A DNA stretch of 64,000 nt from NCBI GenBank assembly GCA_050273025.1, contig CP158635.1, forward strand, positions 22,444,001-22,508,000. The letters run 5' to 3'. The stretch is from Cenococcum geophilum. Lineage: Eukaryota. How positions within the stretch are numbered: the stretch's first letter is position 1; every line of letters begins with the position of its first letter. Positions 37,271 to 50,722 of this stretch are shown here, piece by piece. Both the position numbers and the translations under genes were made by a program. The notes beneath the pieces were generated by a model, which ran no database searches, was not told the DNA's origin, and worked only from the letters and a program-made list of their open reading frames with translations.

Positions 37271-40200
37271 TATCTTAAGTTATAAAGAGAGCGTAATATA
37301 AATATCGAGCAGACTATTTCTAAAAAATCGCCAGACTAGCTCAGCAATGCGAGAACTTTTATTAAATAGGTGTTTGTATTTTAACGGGTTATTGCTAAAG
37401 ATGCAATACCTTAGAAATATATTAGAATTAGAAGGAATAAGCGTTACTAAAGAGAGAAGGATTAACGAGCACTAAGAAGATTTTAAGTGCACTATAAGAT
37501 TGACTTAAAAAGCATTTTAGGCTGTTCTACCTATATATATAGAGCAAAAGTGTCTTAAATACAAGAAAACGCAGTAAGGAGGCGTGCTAAAAATAGAGGT
37601 AGAAATATAAACGGAGGCATTAATAGAGGCAGTCCCCTAGGCAATCGGCTTAGGCATATTTATTTAGTACAGCTACTAATAAAACTTCCCCTTTATATGT
37701 AGCTTATATAGTCTAAATGAATTAATAAGTCCTTACTTAACCATTCCTAAGATTAATAAAAATCTAAATTAGGACTTCTATTACTCCTCTTTAATCCTAT
37801 AAAATTAAGCACTTATATTTAGGAGACGTCTCTTTATAATGACCACGTGGTACTTCATCCGTATTTATAATACATTGCCATCCTAGTAGCTAGGTAACGT
37901 CGCGAATAGACTAAGGCCTATAAGATGGTGTCGGACGGATAAGTTACTAAGGAGAACTCTGTCTATTAAATGTGGCTTAAAAGCCTCTATTTATTTACTC
38001 GCTTACAAAGATATATTCTAAATAATATATTAGGGGGTATAGGCCCAAGGAGAGGGTAATCTCGCCTTAGCCTGCTGTATTGCATAGTAGGTTCCCTACT
38101 ATCTTAAGTAGTAGTAGATAATTACACACTTATTGCCCTAAATAACGCGTACTGTTAAAACCTAATAGTATAAGGCCTGCGCCTAATAAATAATATAAAA
38201 GTAGGAATATATATCGTCTCTTTACGCTTAGTAGGGTATTATTAATAGACTATTTAAATAACCTAGAATCTCTAGGTAATATTAAAGGCTATTAATAACG
38301 ACGACGTAGTAGGAAGGAGGAAGCTAGAAAGCGTCAATTTAAAACCTGTTAAAAACCCTATAGGAAAAATTGTTAGAAAAGACTACTTATTAATAGCTAT
38401 AAAAAGACGCGAAACTTATTCGCGATCCTCTAAGGGGTAACGTAGTTAGTAAGCCTGTAGGCTATATAAGCCTATAGGCCATATTAAAACCCTACTAAAA
38501 ATTAGAAAATTTAAGAAATTGTAACAACCTTCTTATATAAAGTAGGTACGTTCTTATAGTAGGGGTAGGAAGTCGCGGGTAGTAGAAACATTATTTCTTA
38601 GTGTTATTAAATGTTAAGTTTTCCTTAGGCGATATATACCACTTAGTTTATATAAAATAGCTATTAAAATAAGACCTCTTATTATAGATGAAGAACTATA
38701 AAAAAGGAAATATTAATTAAAGGCTGGCGGCTAATTAATTTAAATAAGTAATACCTCGTTAGATACGGCTTACTAAAAGCTCTAATATATAGGCTAGTGC
38801 TACACTTAAACCTACCTAATAAATTATTATTAAATTACAATAAGGCCGCTAAAAAAGACGTTAGTAGTTTAGAAAATGGAAATATATAGAAGATAAATAA
38901 TAGAGAATTAAATTTTACTACTGCTATAATAGGAGTTGTATAGTATAGAGGCAGCCCTAATAACATTAACCTAGAAACTAGTAGCATTCATCTTTAAGAT
39001 AGATTTGTGTTGGTAAGATAGTTAGCTAATAGTATTAAAGAAGATATATAGGAAACTGGAGTATCTTTAACTAAGAGCTAGAATCACTATTAGAGAATTA
39101 ATAAAGCTTTATTTCTATACGCTAAAGAAGCTAAAAGTAGGTATTTAGAATACTAGAGGGAATACAGCTTAATATAGAGTATTTAAATCTAAATAGCGAG
39201 GGTATAGCAAGTTAGTGTCTAATTAATCTTAACACGGTTTCCTTAAGTTTTATTAAAAATAGTGTTGTTATAGGAGAGAGAGGTTATAATTTATTAACCG
39301 GTAAATATTAGGTTAGAAATTTATATCTTAATTAATCTATAAAGAAATAGAGGTAACTTAGGCCTAGATAACGCTATAGCTTAAGAGAACTAGCTTAAGC
39401 CTTTGGACTTAACTCGGCCTAAATACTTTAGAGATATAAGATTTAACTAATATATATAGTGTAGGTGCAGGCAATAGAAATAGGTGGTAGGATATAAGTA
39501 GGGTAGTGAGTTATAGGGTAGCAGGTATTAAAGATAGTAGTAAGATAGTAGTAAGTAAATCCGATTCAGGTCGACAGTTTTTAAAGATCTTAATAAAAAT
39601 AATATTAAATTAGTAGAATATGGCATCGTTATAGAGGTTCTTAGGAGCTCGTCTTTAACGTCATTTATATTAATTATCAAGGTCACTATTAGGTACTTAA
39701 AAGGCAAAATTATACTTACAGAGCTTAGCAATTAAGACTCCGTATTATAACCCTTATACGTTCTATTTTAAGTTTTCTAGAAACGTTAAATCTTTATATA
39801 GAGCTGGAATAAATACTACGTATCAAATAGGTGACGGAGATATCTTATTTCCGCGAAATTATTGACCGGCATGGCTAAGGTTTGTTAGTGCTTATTATTA
39901 AACTAGCTTAATACTATAGATAATTGCCTAGTTCTTATACTTACGGCTAGCTTCGTCTCTAGTCCGCACTAAATCCGTTCTCTAAACTACTATTAAAATT
40001 GTCCTTAAAATTATCCTTAGAACTTTTTACATCACAGCTATTAAAACTCTTATCCCCAATATTATTTCCGTTATCAATACTATCTAAGTCCTTATTAGTT
40101 TTACTTTCGGACTCTATATTAGGAGCATTAACTTTAGAATCTTCTTTATTTTTCTCACTATATATAAGCCTTCTAAGGTCTAAGGTTGCATATCTAATTC

Positions 40201-40499
40201 TATATATTACTACATCAACAATAGAGACGTAGTAATAATTATAATTAAGAAAATCTCCTAGATACTAGAATCTCCTAAGTTTCTTATAAATATCTCTTAA
40301 TACGTCACTTTCTAATAGAGGCCACAGTCTAATTCAATAAAGTTCTATCAAGTAGGTTATTTCTTTATTTAATACTATATAACTATAATAGTTAGACAAA
40401 ATAGCAGCAATCTATAAATGAGTTTTCGCTATTTTCTATAATATAATTACTAAAAATAATGTTAAACTTTTATAAAAGAAGGGTAGGGGAACCTACTAA

Positions 40500-41064
40500 G
40501 TAGTAGGTTGCTTTCCTCTATTCCTTTAACCCTAGTAAAACTAAGGTGCCCATAACGGTAAAGGATGGCATATTATATAAAAGTGCTACGCCTTAAAGGT
40601 AGGCCTAGGTTTCTTACTATTTTAATAAGCTTATAGAGGTCGCTCGCTTCTAGAATATAAAGTATTTAGTTATAAAAGCGGAGGACGGCTTCTTAGTATA
40701 TATTAGAGCGTCTAGAGAACTTATACTTCTTAATCGCCGCCGTAAGCTTTAATAGTACATCAATTAATATTAAGGATTGGGTTAGGCGGAGTCCGTAAAT
40801 AGATTTATAAATTAGATATATTATATCTAGATCGTCTAATAAGTCTAACTCTATTAGTTTTAAATTTATAAGCATTTCCGTAAAAACCGAAAAGCTAGCT
40901 ACTAACCTATTTAATAATACTAAAAGTCTTAATAATACGGGATTGCTAACGCAAAGTATGGCGTCGCCCTTTATATTAATTAAAGTGACTTCTAGTTGTT
41001 TATATTTTAAGTTTAAGTAAGGTATAATTATCACAAATAAATTTCTAGAGTGCATGGAAGACAT
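40500..41064 (-). pseudogene. BTB/POZ-domain protein relic
   Basis: GDAILCV..RLLVS..L...SVF.EML..L.DD.D.M.LI..SIHG..L.KL.AAI.KY pattern; exon extent unknown. Confidence 0.55.
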
Positions 41065-44000
41065 TTAAACTACTAGTATATTTCTAAAAAATTAATCTAT
41101 ATCCGTTAAGATTGCGATCCTATTAAAAAAAGTACTAGCCTTAAAATCTCTCTTACGGCCTTTTCCTACCCTTAATTTTCCCGGACCACAAGTAAAGGAT
41201 ATCTATTTGTAACTCTAGAATTTTTAGAATACTATTTATTAGCCTCGTGCTTTCTATATAAGTAAAACTCACTTTATAGTTATTTTAGGCCGTTTTATTA
41301 GAACCTTTCTCTTTACCGCTAGTAGGGGGTCTAAAGTTAATTTTAATTTAGTACTTATTTTAGCGTATATAATAATAACAACATTACTTATATATAAGGC
41401 AATAGATAGAAATGCTACGGCTACATTAGTTATACCCTTTTTAGGATACGGCTGCAACTATACTTTGCCTAAAGGCTAATATAGTACGCCATTTTAAATG
41501 CAAACTCCAGTAACTAGCATACTAAATACTCCTCTATATTTTGGCAATAAAGCTAAATAAAGATAGCTAAGGTTAAAGTAAGCATATCCTAGAAAACGAG
41601 ACTATTTAAAAATAAAGTTAAAATTCGCATTCTGTCCTCATTACATTTATATATCCTATAAAGATTATTTTAGCTTTAACTAAATAAACCGTTGCGCTAA
41701 TTACCCATAACCTATAACCTATAACCTATAACCTACGACCTTATATATAGTCTATATCTCCACTATTACAGCACTATTAGTTCCCCTTATTATCGATTAT
41801 CTATAATACTAACCCACTAAAGTAGCTTACTTAAAGGCACTGCCTATAGTACGCGTACTTGCTAAGTAGCTACTAAGCTTAGATATATCGACCGTATAAG
41901 AGGTAATAATAAGACTATAAATATAGTTACATTACTAACTTCTAGCGTTTTATTAGAATCTATTTAGTTTTTTAAATAGATAATATACCAATTTAGGAGT
42001 TCCTAAGGGCGAGCGCTTTAACTATTATGTGGAAAGCGCCATTTATAAAAGGTTAGAATAATTAGGTACGGAACATTTTAGTAACTAGTATTAATATCCC
42101 TCTATAGCGGAGGTAAATGGAAATAATAGCTACTCTTTCGCAGTATGCTAATATACTAGGGTCCTTTAGCTATCCGAGCTCCAACTAAAACGACTTATTA
42201 GCTTAATTATTAGGCTTAAGTTTCTTAAGCTGTATAAAAAAAATTAAGCGGCGAGACTAATTAGCTCCCTGCTCAAATAGGCTGAAGAAAGATCTATACT
42301 AACTAAGATGTATTCTATTTAAAGCTATCTCTAGACTTCTTTAAAATGTGGAACTATAAATAGAGGTTAGATAAGATTATGGCTTTAGATATATTATAAC
42401 CCTCTCGCCTAAATTAGGCCGATCTTTTTTTTGCCGCTATAGTTTAATACGTTAAGACTAGCTGTTTGCTTCACTGCCTAGTATATATATATCACTTTAC
42501 CTTTTAACTAGATTAGTGTTTAAAGCTATATAGCCTTATCTAACCCCGGCCTAAGAGTTTATAGCGCTCCTAATTATATCTACGCTAATTAATATCGTAA
42601 AATAGACTACTGGCTACTAAGGTATACTTGTTCAAGATTAATGGTATATTAAGTAGCGCTAAGGATCTATAAGGGTCGGAGTATAACTACGCACCCTAGA
42701 TAAATGGGATAATGCCCTATTACGGCAGATAGCTAGAGAGTTGTTAATTAATAATACTACCCTATACTAAATAATACTAAAAATATTCAGCTAATATATC
42801 CGGGAGACTCTATTTATTAAATTTGTTACGGCCGCTTTAGTAATAGCGATGGGAATAAGAAGGCTAACTAGATTAGATTATAAGATAGCAGGGACCCTTA
42901 TAGATTAAGGAAGTTTAATATTAAAAATAGCTAGTATAGGAAAAGCGATTAGGAATAGATCGGTTATAATATCCTAAGAGGTAGAAAGCCATAGCAGAGC
43001 TATTAAGATGTGGATATAGCCTAGTTAATAATAGTTAGATATTATTAGGGACATTAAGATCAAGAAGTACCTAATATATACCCACTTATTAGAAATGGAG
43101 CACTAATTATATAACTAATAAATATAATAAGCATTAATAAAGCTATCGCTTTCTATGCATTTATAATAGATTTAAGCCTCGCGGTTAATGGATAATAAGT
43201 AGCTAAGAAACTTGCCTTAACTACCTAAAGACAGATTAAAAGCAATATAGTTAAGACAAATTAGAACGTAAATAATAAGATAGAAGACAATTCGCTGTTT
43301 AGCCCTTTATAGAGTAAAAAGAAAATATTCGGCGCTTTGATAGTGAGGACAATGCAATTAAAAAGAAATATAAGAAGGGCGAAGAATGCGAAAAAGCTAT
43401 TAAAAGATAGTTTAGAGGGCGGAAGATATCGGATAACCATTTATATAGTAGAGGAACCGGCTACTACAACAAAGAACGTCTAGATAATAGTAAGAAATGT
43501 TATTTAACTAAACATTATTATAAGAAAGGCTCTTTACAGCACAGAATACCTAGGAGCCGCTACGTATAATATAGAAGGAAAAGCTTCTAGCGCACGGACC
43601 ACCAGTTAAGGCTAAGGCTACTATTTCGCCTCCGGCGGCTATCTATTTATCCCTTTAAGGCGGCTATACTTCTATTTTAGGGCCCGCTTCTAAAACTATC
43701 TAAATTACTAGCCCTTATAACGAGTGTTAAGCCTTACCTATTTATGGCCTATTAGGTTAGTTGGGCTTTCTTATCACAGCAGTTGCTAAGGTATAAACTA
43801 TCTCACTTTTTTAATCCCTCTCTGGCGGGAAGAGGGGGCGCTAGCGAGGCTGAATTAGGAAAGGGCTTAATAAACTTTCGCCTCGCGTTATGCTAACGCT
43901 TATATATATATTTATCTTATATTCCCCCTCATTCCTAGTCTACTAGGAGGAAATAGCTTCTACTTCCCTAATTAACACAATAACTAAACTAGTATAGTTA

Positions 44001-45164
44001 AGAATAAATATCAGCCGCATAAGTAAGCTCGCCAGTAATATTTATTATCTCTCCGTAATTTTAACGTACCAGTTTAGACGTTCTCGTACTCGCGTTAGCA
44101 ATTAAAAGCCAGTTAATACTTCCTTAGGTCTTAGACGATTACTATAGCTTATACGATTCCGGTTCCTTAACCTCCCTATAGAACTACGTATCTAAATCTA
44201 TAAGTGTATTTATAAGCTTTACAGTGTATAGGAATAAATAAGTAACTTAATTATAAATCTATGGGAAATTTAAGTGGTATAAATATATAAAAGTAAACCC
44301 CTAACTCCGAAGCCTATAAGTTATTTTAACCATATCTAAGATATATAAGGGTAGTGCTAACGCTAGTAAAATAGGGCAATATATAGGGTCTGGTAGTCGG
44401 TTACAGTATTATATATAATAGTCCTCCGCGACCTATTGAGATAATCGGATTCCTGCCGGTTAAATAGTTAAAATTTACTCTAAAAGCGCTTCACTGCAAT
44501 TATAGCCTTCTATATATTAGTAGACAAGTCTATAGAGAATATAGTAACGTTATAGCAAAGCGTGGAGAATTTAAATTCGTCTTTTCTTCTATTAATTCTA
44601 AGCTTTACCCCCTTGAAGGCCTTATAATACTAAAGATAATATATAAATATCGTATAGATATAAACCAATTATTTAACTCTTAGTTACTATTTAACTCTTA
44701 GCCACTTATCCCTAAGTATGTTTAAGATTTTATTGGTATCTTAGGGGTCGCTAGCGACATTTATATATCTTAGCAATATAAAAATATTAATAGGGATAAC
44801 CGGGATAAGGAATAATGGGAAGACGTTACTAAGAACCTACTACGGAAATTAGGAGAAATTAAGCCACTTAAACGGCTTTAAGTAGTTGCTATAAATAGAA
44901 GAGGAGTTTAATACGTAGAGGCTATATTCCTAGGAGCTTAAGAAGGTTATAAAAGTAGATGGAGTATTAGGCCAGCTTGCAGAGTATATAACCCTTCTTT
45001 ATAGAAAATAGCTAAACGCTAGAGCACTATTTACATTTCATAGACCCTCCGAATCGGTTTATAGGCGCCGCCACCCTTACATTTTATATATAACCCACGT
45101 CCCCCTTTTACATACGTTTATATCTAGTAATGGCAATAATTAGCTAGTTATAATTATATTATAT

Positions 45165-45990
45165 AGGCTCCATAAAATCGGCCTCTGTACCTCTACGCGG
45201 TAGAGCCTAAGGGCAAACGCAGAGACGTATATACGGCAGCGCATCGCGGGCGCTGCGACGTGGTAGTAACGGGAAAAAATTTCTTGCTAGGAGGGTAAGC
45301 CCTAGCGGAGACTTAAGAACACAGCTACTATGTCTTAACGTACGTTTCGAGCCATTAAACTATAGCAATCTCTATCTCCGGCGACCCCTTTCCTTCTATA
45401 TAGTATAACTACTATACGCGCAATCAAACCACATACACCTTATAGGTAGGAGGCCTATAATAAGCCTCTTATCCACCTACCTTTACGCCACCCTATTTAA
45501 CAGCCTGGATTTACCATATAAATAGTATTTCTTTTATCTTCCTCTACATATCTTTTTAGCTAGGAGATATAGTAGGGGACCTAGGTTAGGGCCCTAAAAT
45601 AAGTATCCCTTAACCCACTAGCGTCTATAAAGTAACTGGTCTATATAGAACATCCAAATCTAAGCAACGTGTATAGTCGATTACGTTAATCTAATTGGCT
45701 AATTCTTATCGATAATAAATAGACGAATTTCAGCGGGTTAAGGGATATAGGAGAAAGGGTATAGGAATCTACAAACGTATAGAAGCATGGTACGAACGTT
45801 TTAAGTCTTAAAAACAGCAACTAATAGTATTTTTCCTTTTGTTAATATAGTACGGATATTATCTAGGGGGGGTACATAGTGTACTACCTCTTACGTCTCC
45901 CTTAGAGGTTTTTTATGCCTATATATATCGGTATTAGTCTGTATAAACTTAAAAGAGGACCATATTAGACGTTAATTAAGAAATAATAAT
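45165..45990 (+). mobile_element. SINE-like retroposon, copy 3
   Basis: Homologous head and tail, (AAT)n end; ribozyme head 45165-45224 lacks P4; interior partly divergent (45600-45800); TSD not evident. Confidence 0.85.
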
Positions 45991-46744
45991 ACTAGTCTAT
46001 GGCGAGAAAAATACGACAGTTTTGGTCATGCTGTTAATCGTTCCGTTTACAGTATACGGACCCGCGTTAACCGCATAAAAGAACCCTACTTTAAATGGCG
46101 CTGCTCTTCTTCTTTTCCTTCCCTTTCTCTAGTTTTAGATCCTTGTTTATAGACAATCTAATCATATAGGCTAATGCGTCTCTCTTACCGTATCCGTGCC
46201 TTAATTAACTAAGTCGCTAATATAGGGGGTTTTTCGCCCCTTAGGATAGACGTTATATTATATTATTAGAGCTTTAGGTAAAGGCTTAATGTTATAAATA
46301 ATATCACGTATAAGTTACGTATAGTCTTTAATTATATAATAATCGGAATTGTGGGGCTGATTATAGTTATATAGTTATTGCTATTACTATTTATATTTAT
46401 AAAGGCTTAGTTAAAAGAACAGAATCTATTAGTAGCTAGTAAACTAGAATTTTAAGATAAGGATTAGAAATATCTATTACTATTCCGGTATACCACTAGC
46501 GCTAATACTAAATACTATAAACCCTGGCTTCTAGTTATATCCGCTTTACTAGTTAAAATTACGCTTAAAGAATATAGGCTAAATTAAAGTTTTATTATAG
46601 GGGGTATCAAAAAATCCAAAATGCTAATATACGCTGTAGCCTTCTCTACTTAGTTTAAGTTTACTAATCCTCTATAGATTAATAATATTACTTCTTTAAG
46701 GCAAGTGCTTTGTGCAATTATAAAATTAGAAATCTACAATTTAA

Positions 46745-47010
46745 CCTTTATATTTAGCGTTACCAGCACTATTGACGGCAATAATTCTATTATCCTCCTC
46801 TCGGAAAATACTATAAGGGAGCTCTAGTTATTCTAGGGTGATACCGTATTAGTTAAAGCACAAAATTAGAGAGATATAGTATTAACTATAGTAGTAGGCA
46901 GTAATGCTAACAATAATAGCGCTTAAATAAATTAGGTTGTTTGCTATAACCTACAAATTAAGTATAGCGATACTGTTATAGTTTGCCTATGCCTAAATAT
47001 TAAACATATA
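46745..47010 (+). pseudogene. Isolated CDC48/p97 N-terminal (double-psi barrel) domain fragment
   Basis: De-RIP: DDSIILLSENTMRELQLFQGDTVLVKA..RDTVL.V....DDSARMNRVV.HNLQIKHGDTVTV.PCP.IK; no AAA domain follows. Confidence 0.8.
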
Positions 47011-47167
47011 CGTTATATGGCTTTTATAGACGTAGATATTAACTTATATTTAGGTTAAGCGTATTACTATTCTTCCTATTAAGGATTGCGTTTAGGGTTT
47101 TAGTAACTTAGTATTTAATGACTTTCTTATACCGTACTTTTAGGAAGCGTAATAACTAGTATAATAG

Positions 47168-47290
<123 letters not shown>

Positions 47291-47351
47291 TAGGATTAAG
47301 TTAATTTTTTAAGCTTTAGAGAATTTGGTTTAATATACTACTATAGGCAGC

Positions 47352-47548
47352 TGTCAGATAATCTATATTCTCTGTGGCGTAGGACGTGCACGAGTCACGT
47401 GCACGGGTCACGTGTATTGTAAATATCTTCGTCTAAGCCCAGGGACCCTAGGTCAAGACAAGGTCAAGACACTAATCAAGACACAATCAAGATCATCAAT
47501 CAATCAACCCATTTCATCAATGAATAGCTCTATATGAATTATCTGACA
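47352..47548. mobile_element. 197-bp solo LTR, largely un-RIP'd
   Basis: 11-bp inverted ends TGTCAGATAAT..ATTATCTGACA, TSD GCAGC at 47347-47351 and 47549-47553. Confidence 0.92.
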
Positions 47549-48669
47549 GCAGCCCCTCTTAAAAAAGCTAGCTTATTAACGTATTAGTATAAAAGGGGGC
47601 TATGGCCCCGCTCTCCTCTAACAAAAAAAATGGCGGAATTCTACTTATTAAGTACTATTCGCGCTCTTAGGAGCATTTTGGGAATAGAAAAACTATAAAG
47701 AAAAATTCTAAGCTATATATCTGTAGTTAATCTAATAAACTGGCCTAGACTAGGTCGTGATTTAGATAATTTAGTATTAAAACATTTAAACGACCCTGAT
47801 TCGTTTTTACGTAAAATATTTATTAATTACTTAAAAATAGAAAGTTTATCATTATATAGCAATTTATCTCTCTAGGGACCGTCACTAGATAAGTACGTAA
47901 GAACTTAGTATCTAAATGTTAAAAGCACTAATTTATATATATTTGTGTCCAGACAAAGCACATTACTCCTAAATTTTAATGCTACATTCTATCTATTACT
48001 TCGCAGTAAAGGATATAGTTGGCCGCTTTAGGATTAGTCCTAAAACACTTAGCGGCACTACTGAAATATAGAAATCTAAACTTGTAATAGACCTTTATTA
48101 TATAATATGCCCTATTTTTATATATAAATAAGAGTATAAGTAAATATCCTCTTCTATAATAATAGTCTTGGCATTAGTACTTTGGACTATATACCAGGAA
48201 TATATATATATGCCCCTAAATTTACTATTATTGCGAATAAAGACCTAGATTAAGCGTTAGAGGTAAAAACTATATAGTTTTATAGTTTCTTTTCCCTTCT
48301 ATATCGCGATCTTATAGCTAAGGTGCCTCTAGAGTTTATTAAGGTAATAGGGTAAGAGCTATGCAAAGCAATAGGGTATAATCCTTTTATCTTAAACATA
48401 AGCTTTATAGCAATTAGGTAGGCTTATATCCTATAAACTATAAACTTTTATAGACTACTTCTACCTATATTAATACCCCCTTCTACTAGGTAGTTTATAT
48501 TATAATATAGAAAATTATAACAAACTCCTTACTATTAAACGCTTAGGCTTCGCCTCGGAAAAAATCAAAAGGGTTTTGTAAATAATCTAACACATTTTTA
48601 TTAACTAGTCTAATAAATAGGGACTCGCCCAAGCTAGAAAGTATATTAAGTATAACCTATAGGATACTC

Positions 48670-50722
48670 CAAACCTGCCCCGCACATGCAACCTTACCAA
48701 AAGGTAGCGCCACACTTCAAAACTTACGCATACCCATCTTACCATCAAAAATAATCGATTTTCTAACTTTTAAGACTTAATTCCTACTGCCTAGCGAGCC
48801 AGAGGTAGATTTATTTGTCGTTTTACCCCCTTTCCCCCAACAGAAAATTCTTCTTAGGGGTGGTCCTAGCTTATAAGCGAGGCATAGACAGGAACACCAA
48901 AACTAAATACCAAAACCACGAAATATAGAGGCTAGATTTTCTACTACCTTTTAGCCTAATCTCCCCAGAAATCTTCTAGTAGGATTAGTAAGGAGAAAGG
49001 GTATAAGGATAGTAAAAACTAGGAAACCCTTCTATAAGATACAAAATGCCAAGGCCTAATAGGTCCAAAAAAAACCCTCCTATAGAAATAAAAGAGGACA
49101 TCCTCAGTCTTCTCCTAAAAAAGAAAACTAAAAACCTGCAAAAAAGACAATAAAACCAACGACTACTATGGATAGTATGCCTAGTATACCTCCCTCTTCC
49201 CTTACTCCGGAAGAACATCTATGCGAGGCTTTAAGAAGCCTAATCCAGGCCTATAGAGGGCTAGAAGGAGAAGAATAAGTTGGACAGCTAGTGGACTATA
49301 CACAAAATATCCTAATAGGAAAAAACCCCTTTGCAAAAGAAGAAGAAGAAGAAGAAGAAGAAGAGGCAAAAGAGGTCCTAAAAGGACTAGTAGAAGAAGT
49401 AAGAGCTCTCTGTAAGGAGGTGGCTCCTATTAAAGAAACTTACGCAGAGAGGCTAAAGAAGGACCTCCCCCCTTCTTTGTCCTCCCTACCCTCCCTATTA
49501 CCACCTTTTACCCCTTCTCCTTCTAGTAGAAGTTCTACTTCTACTAAAAGTAAGAAAAAGCAGCTATAAGAAAGGAAGCTAGTCCTAATTACAGACGAAA
49601 AGGACTAACCTTTAGATACCTTCTCTATACGAAACAAAGTCAATTAACTATTTGCATCAAAACTGTAAGTAAAAAAGCCAGTACTAGCGTCTATAGCTAG
49701 AACTAAAGGAAAACAAAATATTCTCCTTACGACTATAGAAGAGTATAATGCAGATTTCCTAGTCAAATATAAGGAGATCTGGCATAACTGCTTTACCTTT
49801 TAAAGAGAATAAAAATTAGAACCATGGGTTTAAATTATAGCCCACGGGGTTCCTACCCTACCTTTCCTAAGAGAAGGAGGCTCTAAGCTTCTAAAAGAAG
49901 AGATTGAGACCTTTAATCCTATAAGGATACAAGGACTACCTAGATGGATCTTATCTAGCGAAAAAAGACACAATCCACAGACCAGATTTAGCTCTATAGT
50001 TTTTACTATAGAAAACGAAGAAAAAAGACAAGAAATCCTTAAGCAAAAAGAGATATCAATTGCAGGTACAGCTACTAAGGTAGTAAAATACCTCGAAGTC
50101 TCTCCTACTACGCAGTGTACTAGCTGCCAAAAATTTGGCTATATAGGAGACAGATGCTCTACTAGAGCCTGTAGATTTTGTGCAGCTGCACATTTATCTA
50201 AAGACCACTCCTGTTCTACCTGTGTAATAACGGGCAAGCCTTGCCAGCATACTACCCCTCTTTGCATTAACTGTAAAGAAAACCACTTTGCGAATAGTAA
50301 AGACTGCGAGGTTCTAAAAGCAGCTAAGCTAGTAGGTAATACTAGCTTAGAAGGTTCCATGGAAGAATAAAATAAAACAAATAGGAGTCTAGAAGGAGGG
50401 AACTCCTACTAGGCTCTTAGTAAAAAGATATTAGAGAGCGAAAGGACAGAAATAAATTGCAAAAGGACAGGGACAGGTGTTAGGATTTCTTATGGTTTTT
50501 CCTACCGTTTTCTCATTTCCTAGTAGTTGTAGTACCTTGGTGTTTTACTAAGAAGCTATAAACTCCTAAGGGTTTATAAACTACTAGGATATAGCTACTA
50601 GTACATATTAAGCTGCCTAGAAAGGATTTATGTATATAGAACTATAGCGCCATAGCCTAGAGGCTGCATGCGTAGTATTATACGTAGTATAATACAACGG
50701 ACCTATAAAAAAAATAAAAAAA
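48670..50722 (+). mobile_element. ORF1-only non-LTR retroposon (HAL1-like) with poly(A) tail
   Basis: TSD ATAGGATACTC at 48659-48669 and 50723-50733; broken gag-like ORF ~49046-50370 ending CTSCQKFG(H)..C..CRFCAAAH..CINCKENH..C; about 350 bp later a stem-loop and A-rich tail. Confidence 0.85.

Noticed and set aside
41703..41742. CCTATAA repeats as an interstitial telomere
   Set aside because: The unit is 7 bp rather than CCCTAA, and there are only about five copies.
44150..44205. FL.LP.ELR.QIY F-box/2EXR-like motif
   Set aside because: A single short motif with no supported gene model around it.
50139..50360. 73-aa minus ORF
   Set aside because: Antisense to the zinc-knuckle region of the ORF1-only element.
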